From Anthoceros angustus (lineage: Eukaryota; Plantae; Anthocerotophyta), in contig MU008164.1 in assembly GCA_010909165.1 (NCBI GenBank), positions 248,001 to 312,000 on the forward strand: 64,000 bases of DNA. The letters run 5' to 3'. Both the position numbers and the translations under genes were made by a program. Position 1 is the first letter of the stretch. Every line of letters begins with the position of its first letter. The notes below the pieces were generated by a model that worked only from the letters and a program-made list of their open reading frames with translations, had not been told where the DNA came from and ran no database searches. Positions 13,366 through 24,150 of the stretch are shown here, in pieces.

Positions 13366-16300
13366 GGGCAATGTAACCTGCGCATCTCAAGTCCGCCTCT
13401 ATTGCAATACAGTTCCGGCCACACAGCAACGCAGCTAGTGTCGTAGTCCCACTGCCTGAGCATGCATCAATAACCCAGTCTCCCTCCTTGGAGAATGTCC
13501 TCACGAGTTTCATCATAAGACCCAATGGTCTCTGGTATGGGCACACTACCAACTTGTCATGAGACAGGTAAACTGTTTCTTGACGACAGTAGGGTGTCCA
13601 ATAACAAATCTTCCATTGTTGAAGGTCCCGTGCATCACATTTGGCATCATGGCAGCCCTGTCCTTCGAACATCCATCTTTCACACCCCATCCAAGCATGT
13701 AACGTATTCCACGTCTCAAATCCTCCTCTCGTTGTTCATGTTAGTCTTATCCCAAATGAATGACACCAAGCCGCCTTTGGCACACCACTTCGCATAGCCT
13801 CCCTTACCGTATGGGCTTCTTCAACACCATGCATGACGATAATTCGAAGTCGTCATTTTCCGCTTTCTCCGAAACTTTGGAACACGGCACCCATCATGGA
13901 TAAATCCATTCGTTTGTCCATTGGCCCGATGTCAAATCCACGGGAACATCCATGACCGAAGGGTGTATTTCCTTCCCTCAAAACCCACGCATGTCGAGCG
14001 TTGCGGGCTTCCACAATCGGACTGTTTCTCGATCGGAACATTGAATATCTGAGTCCTTCTTGCAAGTCCTTATCCGCCAAAGCCCGCTGCTCATTCTCTA
14101 AGCCCTTCCAATTATTGATCTCGAAAATGAAATGGCGAAGTCGTCGGGCGCTTTGTCAAGACCTCCACGTCCTTGATTCTTGCCAAACCAAACAACTGTT
14201 AGAATGCGCGGCTCAAGCACCTCACAACTAATAAGCGTGGGGCGCCGGCCGGCCGCGCCCCATCCGATCCGCGATAACGCCAGGCGCCGGCGGCGCCCCT
14301 CGCTTATTAGTGGAGTAGCCGCGGCGGCCGGCGCCGGCGCCGGCGCCGGCCGGCCGGCCGGCCGGCCGGCCGCGCCTGCCTGACCTGACCGGTGGAGGGC
14401 CGGCGCCGGCGCCCGCGTGATCGAAGATGTGGGCGCGGCGCATGATGATCCGGACATGCGGGGCGCCGGCGGCGCCCGAGAATTAAAATGGAAAGAAGGT
14501 GGAAAATGGCTTACCTTTCCGCAAATGCCGTTTGGAATCGCGAGCATTTCATCGATTGAGTGGGGATACTCTGCCGAACCTCTTCAAAAGAAGAGCAACC
14601 CAAGTGTTTAGCCATCGCCACTTGAATAATATGGAATTTCTTCGAGCGATATATCGTCATCCATTCCTTTCAGGTCAATGAGACCTGCCAGCACTTTCTC
14701 CTGCGGTGATAAGTATCTGCTGCCCACACTCCCCCGCTGGAATCCCTTGAAATGATTTCCAAGGCTTTGCAAGCATATCTTTTGGCTTCACATAGACAGT
14801 GTCTATTTTGTTAGCCTCGTCGGTCACTTTCCGCTTCACCTTGCTCTTCTTGCTTGTCCCTGCTATCACATGCTTCTTCCGCAAATGCCGTTTGGAATCG
14901 CGAAAGCATTTCATCAGTTGAGTGCTGGGGATACTCCTGCCGAACCTCTTCAAAAGAAGAGCAACCCAGGTGTTTGGCCATCGCCACTTGAATGATATGG
15001 AATTTCTTCCGAAGCGATATATCGTCATCCATTCCTTTCAGGTCAATGAGACCTGCCAGCACTTTCTCTATAGCGGTGATAAGTATCTGCTGCCCACACT
15101 CCCCCGCTGGAATCCCTTGAAATGATTTCCAAGCATATCTTTTGGCTTCACATAGGCGATGTCTATTTTGTTAGCCTCGTCGGTCACTTTCCGCTTCACC
15201 TTGCTCTTCTTGCTTGTCCTGCTATCACATGCTTCTTCGCTCGCAACTCCCCTTCCCACTTCGTAAATATCTTGTCTACATTTTCCCATACCCTACCCTC
15301 TTGTTTGATGCATAAAATGTGTCTGTTGTCAACCTTGTTACATTTATAAACATCATCTTCGCGTGCTTCATCATCCTCAATAAGCCCCAACACCTTATAC
15401 AAGTTGAATTTCCATGTCATGGTCATCTGCACACCATCCCGTTTCGCAATAATCAATTCATCACGCAAATACCTCACCTGCTCTATAAAATTCATCTTCG
15501 CTTGTCAGACATCGTATTATGGTCTGTGGCGAGGACTCGCATCTCCTGTACATTGAGACCACAGTACACATGAGCCTCCACATACTGAAACCGCTTTTTG
15601 CCCGGAGAGATGTCTGCAAGATGCTTCATTGCCGCATAAGTGTGGTTTCCTCCAAGGACTCCCATGACATATTTTTGGCCCCGAATCGTCTAGTTTTTCC
15701 ATGTCATCACACTCCGGATCAATCATACATAATAAAGGCAAAACGCCTCTTCAATCCTCCTTTCGATATAACACGCGCCAAATAATTGGCCCATGCTTCA
15801 TCCACCCTCCGTGTCATGCATCGGCGTCGTGCGATCGGCCGAAGGTTCTCCAATTTCACCAGACCGTTTCCAATACTACCTTCTTCGCATATCTTGCTTC
15901 TCGACCCGTGTCAAGGGTCTTCATCCGGATAGCTTCCGCAATCCTCTCTGATCTGTCACATGAGAATGGGAATGTCACCCACATTTTCCACCCTCTGCGG
16001 TTTGTTGCCTTTCCTCTTTGCTTTTGCGGAGGATGGTCCTCTCTCCTTCCTCCTCGATCTTCTTGAAGATCCGCCTTCCTTTTCCCTTAGGCCCTTCCTC
16101 CTCTCTCGCCCTCTGTTAGTCATAAGCGGGCGCCGCGGCCGGCGCCCCCATGATCGAAGATGTGGGCGCGGACAATGATCGGACATGCGGCGGGCGCCCG
16201 GCGGCCTGAGAATTAAAATGGAAAGAAGGTGCAGGAAAATGGCTTACCTTTCCGCAAATGCCGTTTGGAATCGCGAGCATTTCATCGATTGAGTCTTTGG

Positions 16301-18760
16301 GGATACTCTGCCGAACCTCTTCAAAAGAAGAGCAACCCAAGTGTTTAGCCATCGCCACTTGAATAATATGGAATTTCTTCCGAGCGATATATCATCCATT
16401 CCTTTCGGTCAATGAGACACAACACTTTCTCTCATTCGGTGATAAGTATCTGCTGCCCACACTCCCCATGGAATCCCTTGAAATGATTTCCAAGGCTTTG
16501 CAAGCATATCTTTTGGCTTCACATACAGTGTCTATTTTGTTAGCCTCGTCGGTCACTTTCTTCACCTTGCTCTTCTTGCTTGTCCTGCTATCACATGCTT
16601 CTTCCGCCTGCAACTCCTTCCCTTGTAAATATCTTGTCTACATTTTCCCATACCCTACCCTCTTGTTTCGCGATGCATAAAATGTGTCTGTTGTCAACCT
16701 TGTTACATTTATAAACATCATCTTCGTGCTTCATCATCCTCAATAAGCCCCAACACCTTATACAAGTTGAATTTCCATGTCATGGTCATCACGCACCATC
16801 CGTTTCGCAATAATCAATTCATCACGCAAATACCTCACCGCTCTATAAAATTCATCTTCCGCTTGTCGACATCGTATTATAGTGCATGGCGAGGACTCGC
16901 ATCTCTGTACATTGAGACCCAGTACATGAGCCTCCACATCGAAACCGCTTTTGCGGAGATGATGCAAGATGCTTCATTGCCGCATAAGTGTGGTTTCCTC
17001 CTAGGACTCCCATGACATATTTTTGGCCCCGAATCTACGGTCTAGTTTTTCCATGTCATCACACTCCGGATCAATCATACATAATAAAGGCAAAACGCCC
17101 TCTTCAATCCTCCCTTCGATATAACACGCGCCAAATAATTGGCCCATGCTTCATCCACCCTCCGTATCATGCATAGGCGTCGGGTCATCTCGAAGGTTCT
17201 CCAATTTCCACCTTTGTACTACCTTCGCTTGCTTCTCGACCCGTGTCAAGGGTCTTCATCCGGATAGCAATCCTCTCTGATATTGTCACATGAGCGGTGG
17301 GAATGTCACCACATTTTCCACCCTCTGTTTGTTGCCTTTCCTCTTTGCTTTTGCTTAGGATGGTCCTCTCTGTCCTTCCCTGCCTCGATCTTCTTGGCAG
17401 ATCCCGCCTTCCTTTTCCCCTTAGGCCCTTCCTCCTCTCTCGCAGCCCTCTGTTAGTCATAAGCGGGCGCCGGCCGCGCCCTCTCCTCCCGCCTCATGCG
17501 ATGGTGCCCTGGAGGCTGCTCTGGTGTGAGGCGCGCCGCGCCGGTTCACCTCCGCTTCCAAGAACTGCGCCGCGTCAAGAGCAGCCTGCCTCACGCTGGC
17601 CGGCGGCTCGGCGCCGGCCGGCGCCCCTCAACCACCTCCGGTGATCGCAACCCGGGGTGTTTCATAAGGCATGAACACCCCGCATCCTCGTCTGTTGTCG
17701 TCCAATTTTCTTCATCCGAGTGCCCCAGGATATCAGGCATTGGCCCATAGTCTTCATCCTCGGGGCCGAATTCGGTGCCCTCCTCGTTGTCGCTTCTCTT
17801 CCTCCTCGTCACGCACCTCGGCTCTTGCGCGCCCAGGCGCCATGACCCTCTGTTTGAGCATTTGTGTGATTTCCGCACACGTCCACGATGAACGCATTCC
17901 CCATCACGAGCCTGCGCAATGAACAATGCTCAGTGTTAGAGACAACCGACAGAAGCAAAAACATTGGAAAGCAGAAATTGGATCAGAGTTGCGAATACCG
18001 ATTGCTCCCGCCTACATTCCCGAAACAGCTGCAAAAGCCTGGCAGGTTCGCACTTCTTGATCACAAGATTGTTGAACCTGATCTCGAACATTCTGTATAG
18101 CTCGGGACCCTGTGGCACCGCATCAAATTCTTGGGGCCTTGTAATGCAGAGCAACTGTGCTACAGGATCCCCATTCGACATGTCCAATGTTGCCCACACC
18201 ACCCCCTTGCCGTTGATTCGGTGCATCCTTGTAACCCATAATCCACAGCTTGTATAAGCGTCAAAACATGCTCGTCTTGGTTGCGGATCCTGAACAACCA
18301 TCCAATCCTTGTCCAAGACCTTCACGCATCCATCCGAGCTCCAGGCCGAATGTAAACTCCTCGTATGGCGAAGGAATAGGAGCCACCCTCTTCCCACCCT
18401 TCTCCACCTTCTCTCCATGGCCTCCCAGTTTTGTTGTGGAAGCCTTTGCCGACCCAGCTTCCGGACTTGAGTGGTCTGGAAGGCCCCCTGCTGCCAGCTA
18501 GCATGTCCTCCCAAAGGCAGAGGTCTTCCATGCAAATCATCGGCGCCTTCTAGCGTCTTTGCTTTCCCTCGTTTTCTTCGTCCTCTCCTGCGGGCTGGGA
18601 TCCGGATTCGGTCGCCAGATCCTTCTTGCTTTCGCCCATCGCCATCACCTTCATTTCAAGATAGGCCAATTCGGATGGGCCTTCCTTCTCCACAATGTCC
18701 GCAATTCCAAGCGCGTCAATGGATTCACAACCTGCAAACACGGAAAGTGAAAACCACAGC
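12986..18760 (-). CDS. M1: ParB/Srx-like domain fused to a beta-class N4-cytosine/N6-adenine DNA methyltransferase; multi-exon, with indels and internal tandem duplications
   Basis: C-terminal CPYQRPLGLMMKLVRTFSKEGDWVIDACSGSGTTTLAALLCGRNCIAIEAD (motifs X-I-II; DACSGSG at 13448-13468). Motif IV-like VMDVP(R)GFD at ~13940-13955 needs one inserted base. N-terminal RRVDEAWANYLARVISKG and VLGGNHTYAAMKHL at 15630-15659 (duplicate at ~16980-17008). Intron donor GTAAGC at ~14511 and acceptor at ~14223. The 5' end is uncertain. Confidence 0.8.
14400..17470. repeat. Nested tandem duplications inside the M1 gene
   Basis: A ~360-bp pair (14517-14876 / 14877-15236, junction TTCCGC) and a larger pair (~14400-16137 / ~16138-17470, junction in GGCCGGCGCC). 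Confidence 0.8.
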
Positions 18761-21700
18761 GCTACGGCAGTCCCTCGCCCAATTTCTCCGCGTTCCTGCT
18801 GCAATCAAGGGGTTAGAGATGGCGCTCGCACTCTGTCACTCAGAAGTCGGACCTCAGCGCTCCGTCGCAAAGGGAATTGCTCGCCGTTTCTGTGAGGACT
18901 GGTTGCGCTCCACGCCGGTTTTGTATGCCCGTCAAACTTGCTTTTTTAAGCGCCCGGCCGTAACTCGTTCACCTCTCCACTGAATAATTACTTTAAGTTA
19001 GGGTTTCCTGGTTGCTCCAAATAGCCGATGGTTCGAACCCCGGTGGGCACATTATTCACGCCGCCATGTTGTACATACAGGTTAACGTCTATCGCTTTTT
19101 CCCATTGCGTGTTGGTTTGTTTTAATTACAAACCATAATGACTTTCCCGTTACTTGCCTCCACTGCAAGCATTAGTAACTTAACGACGTTTTCTTCAACA
19201 ATGGTTTTATATGGTTGGTGACTGTTATCCAGCAAACGGCCTCCCAGGAAGGCTTAGACATTTCAGCGTATCTGATGTTAGAATGAACCTTGCCTTCTTT
19301 CAATTCCTCCACTATCGTCCTACCTCGGAAGACGCCCAACAAAATGCTTCGCGCCACTCACTCGCAGAGGACGACGATGTAAGTCTTCGACTGCTTTCCA
19401 GTCGAATGTCGTCGTCGTGGATGCGTTGCGCGGTGCAAACATGTCCTCATTCCCCTGTTTGATTGTGCAGCTTGACTTTGCGGATGGTGAGGGTCAATCC
19501 CAATATGAAAGACATCTTCCAGAAAAGCAACGGACGAGGAGAAGAGCGGACAATGCCCCAGCGTCCATGAGTCACAAGACATCTCCGGTTCTCCTCGCGC
19601 CACTCGGGTCCCCAGGTTTGTTTCATCACCGGATCTAATGGAGGTTGACTTTGTGAATTTTATCCTCTACTAACCCAAGTCTTTGCACACCAGTGCCGTC
19701 GGAGGTGGCCGACATCGCCGGCTCTCGGCCTCCCCTACCATTCCGAGGTGCTGCCAGGACACCAAGAAATCTTAACCCAGTATGCCGCCTGAAGGATCTC
19801 CATGCAAACAACGGTGTGAGCAAGCAGCTAGAAACCGAGGCCCTCCCAAGGGTGGGCTCGAATGCGTGGAGGCATTGTTCGCTGGGTGTCCGCCACGCAC
19901 CATCGACGAGCGAAGAATGCGGCAATCCCATGAGGAGGCGACGATTTCCAGTCCGGACATCGACATCCGCCATCTTATCACCCCAAACCAGTGAGACTTT
20001 GGTGTGCAGACTACGAGTGTCCGGTGCAAGAGGCGAGCGGGGTCTCAATGAGGAAATGTGAAGTCGAAAGTATCAACATTGATTTGAAGGCATGTTGCAA
20101 TCGATGTGTCTCCAGTTGACAAAAGAAAGGTTTCGTGAACAACGATATCGCTATTTACGGATGGGGAGGCGAGCGAAACATTTTGGAATCCGATACAGTT
20201 GTGCGGCGATCCGGTAACGTCAAGTTGTGACTCATCTTGGGGCCGGATCCTTTTAGATCTTGCTTGCGCCTTGAGAGTGTATTGCCTCGGCCACAGGTAT
20301 GAAGAGTTGAAGAGTAGAGTCATCGAATGCACCGTGGGATGCTATGAGGCCGAATCCAAAATGATCTCACCATGCATTAAGTGCAATAGCCCGGATGGAC
20401 AATGCTTTCCTCAACATGGTGAGAGACTTCCAAATATCGAGGTCTTCAACTTACCCGACACATACACAAAACTAGAAATTTGGAGTGAATATAGGCGGCA
20501 TTGTGAACAAAGAGGTCGGTGATGCGTGACCTACAGTTCTTGAAGCTATGGAAAGGGCACTTCAACAGGGTAAAGATTCCAAAGTCTAACAGATTCTCTA
20601 CTTGCTCGCTGTGCGCTGGATTGAAAACAACTATACGAAATACAATCTCAAAGGTTGATCAAGGTAAGTTACATTGTTATCCTTATCCCTTGCTTTCCAG
20701 CATACAGAGGGTTGTTGACCATGTGGGCCAAACCCTCAATGGCAGTGGTATATGTAGTATGTGAATGTGCCCCGCTTGTGGGACATGTCCCAGTGGGCCC
20801 GGCGCCCACCTAATGTCTGTTACCTTATCTAAGGAGGGTTCCCCTGGTCATGCGGGCGCCGGTCGGCCCTGCTACCCAAGCATGTGCCTATGACATTGCT
20901 TGGGCCCCGGCATCGAAGGCACCGCTATTACCATCTCGACCTTGCGGAATGAGGTCAGGGGCGCCGGTGGGCGCGCCAACCACATTACAAGTATTCCTTT
21001 GGCCGACCTTCCGGGCTTGGAAATGCGACAAATGTGTTCGCCCATTATATCATTTAAGGTCCGTCGTAGGGTGGAGAGGGGTGGAGGAAGGTCAAGTTGG
21101 CGTGTCCATGACATACATTGCCACATGTCGGAGAGTGATGCCACGATGATTCTTGGACATCATACTATGTTTTTGTCTTGTAAGTTGACAACTTTAAAGG
21201 GCTCACAAACTACGGTGTGCATATGTTATGTGCGAGAAATATCAAACGATTGGGCCACCGGACAAGCGTGCGAAGATGACAAAACACCGGAGCAAGAGTT
21301 ATGTTGAACCACATAAGTATATGCTGCTATGTATCGATGGCATGGACGAGAAGAAAGCGAGCTACCGCACATGTTGAGGTGGCCGAAAAACCTAGACGAG
21401 GAATGCCGCATTTCGTTCACGTGGTGCATGATCCACAACTACACCCACAAAGCCACGGCGTTTTGCACGCCAACCTCCGGAATGATGCCAATTTGACTAT
21501 CGTCATTCAAGATGTCATCCACAACTATGATGGTGTGCTGCCCAAAGTGTTGTATTTGCAACTTGACAATACATGTCGGAGAACAAGAATCAGCTATTGT
21601 TTGCATATTTGAACATGCTCGTTGATATGGGCACGTTCGAAAAAGTGAAGGTGGGATTCCTCTTGGTTGGTCACACCCATGATCAAATAGACCGAGATGT

Positions 21701-22949
21701 TTTCCTGCTTTTCCAAAAGCCTTAAACACAAAGAAGCGCTACACTACCGTATTGGCAGACGTGCGGAGGCATATACTCCTCTCGGAGGTGAAGGTTCTGG
21801 AGGTTCAGTTCGGACATATACATGTCTGAGCGAGACGGGGAGGCAAGTATGCGGCGGTGAAGAAGTTGAATAATCTGTCATACCGGCGTTCAAAATTACG
21901 CGAGGACAAACTGTGTGGTCCGATCATCGAGCAAGCGGATTCAACTTCACCGCTTTGGGAAGCGGAGGCGAGTTTGGAGTTTTAAATTTCGTTCCTTCGA
22001 GGCCATAACGGTAGCTTTGATGTCCTTACGTGCAGGATAAAAAGGAACCGCGGGCACTCACACCCAGAAGGTGTGGCTCATTTGAAGGATGGGTTAGTGG
22101 GTTTGCGACCTTATGTAACGTAGAGTACAAGTGGTGGGAAGAATTCAGGTTGACCGGAGATTGCTTGTTATTGTCGAAAACCACATCGGCCTTGTTCGGA
22201 CCGTCCTTGGAAATGGTTCTCCCGTCTTTGAAGAGGAAGAGACAACGACCTTCATGTACGATGAAGCTTTGCTAGAAGAGCCTTGAGGAGCTTCCCCAGC
22301 GAGATATGTACCGGAGCATATCAAAACATTGGAAGGCAGCGTGAAATGGCGCTTGAATGGCGATATTGCGAGATCAAGAAGGAATGTTCCTCGCGTTATG
22401 CCACCGACATACACAGACCTTTACGGATTGGGAAAGTAACGGACGTGAGGTTGGATGCACCACAACCTCACTTTCTTATCCAACGGTATCGGACGGATCA
22501 TACGACGTCTGGCGGTATGTAGAGGAATATATACTACGAGGAAGCCGCAAACAAGATGGACGCAGGGAAAAAGGGGAATAAGGTATTTTATCCCAAAACA
22601 CGATAATTTTTGAAGGGGGTTAATAATCTCGAAGGGGGTTTTCCGCAAATAATCTCTGAAGGGGGTTTTTGATGGGCCCTAAAACAGCGTTTTGAAGGCA
22701 TTGCGGAAAACAGCTCCGAAAAAAGGGTGTCACAAGAAAGTTACTACTTTCCATCCAAAGAATGTTTGTGTCGAATGGTGGTAAACTCGAACCTAGGGAA
22801 TGATGCAAAGTAGGAGCGGTGAGGAAGGCCGTTCGGGCGGGACGATCAGAACTCGCTTTGGGATGGAAATGTGGTTTTGTTATGACACCACAAAAGCCAC
22901 AGGTGGTATTTCCTAACACGAAACATCGAACCGGACTTACAACATTAAC

Positions 22950-23770
22950 TCGGGACCCCGGAAAACGAGATTTCCACTCATCCCGAGTTCAATCCATCGT
23001 CATCACTTGGTCCGCTTCTCCTCCATTGTCATCACTATCTTGACACTTTGACTCGCAGTTGTATGAAGCCACGCAACCAGAGAGCTTATCCCTTATCGCT
23101 TTTTGTCCACCGATACAGATGTTTCCGTATGCTCAACACAAACCCATAATACAGGATGATTTCATTCACAAATACCTCCGTATGTTTTTAGGTAATGGAT
23201 CTTATTCCCTTTTTCCTCGGCATTGGACGGATGGGTTACCACTGGCGGACTATGTGTTCTGCACATATCTCCTTCATACGCATCTATGTGCTCGGTCCGA
23301 TACTAGTGGATAAGAAAGTGAGGTCGTGGTGCGTTTAGCTTCACGTCAATGACCTCCCAATCCGAATGGCCTATGCGTGTCCGTACAGCGCCCGAAACAT
23401 CCCTCTCGGTTTATGTCCCCATTCATCCGCCATTTCCCAGCTTGCCTTCCGCATTTTGATATGCCCCCACATATCATCACTGGGAGGTCCCTCAATAATG
23501 CCTCATCTAGCAAAGCTTCATCCGCACTTGAAGTGGTCAGTCAGTATGATCCACTTCTACACGTGAAAACCACTTCCAAGGACGTAGCACTAGCCCAATG
23601 TTATTCTCCACAATGATAGCAATCTCCTTCCGGTCCACCCAAAAGGCTTCCCACCACTTGTACTCTTCATCACCTATGGATGCAAATCTTTTAACCCTTC
23701 CTGCAAACAGGCCACACCTTCCATCGGTGATAGGATACCCGTTCCTTCTTGTCCCCCTAGCTTCACCCGC
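22950..23770 (-). pseudogene. T3: 3' fragment of a related transposase inside S2
   Basis: The reverse complement aligns with T2 21950-22600 (e.g. YKWWE, GATGAAGCTTTGCTAGA, ACCTCACTTTCTTATCCA) and with 24975-25200. Confidence 0.8.
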
Positions 23771-23779
23771 ATGCACCGT

Positions 23780-24150
23780 AGGATGGTGCTAAGGGAGGCG
23801 CCGGCCGCGCCCTCCCAAGATGCTCGCTCATGGCCGGCCGCCGCCTCCCCTAGCACACTGCAGGGCGCGGCCGGCCCTCCCCTAGCACACCACCATGGCG
23901 CGCCGCCGGCGCCCCCCACACGCCCGCCCATGGCGCCGCCTCCCCTAGCACACGCCCATGGGCGCCGCCGCGCCCTCCCCTAACACCGCCCATGGCGCCG
24001 GCCGCCTCCCCTAGCACACCGCCCATGGGCCGGCCGCGCCCTCCCCTAGCACACGCCCATGGCGCCGCCGGCCGGCGCCCCCACACGCCCGCCCATGGCG
24101 CCCGCCCCCACCCTGCCCACCCATGGGCGCGCCGGCGCCCCCTCCTCATA
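23780..24150. repeat. GC-rich minisatellite (CCTCCCCTAGCACAC / GCCCATGGCGCC units)
   Basis: About six CCCTAGCACAC-type units interleaved with CCATGG(G)CGCC motifs. Confidence 0.85.

Noticed and set aside
1-14100. Functional link between ADC (polyamine/SAM metabolism) and the MTases
   Set aside because: Only proximity supports it; the MTases lie inside mobile elements more than 12 kb away.
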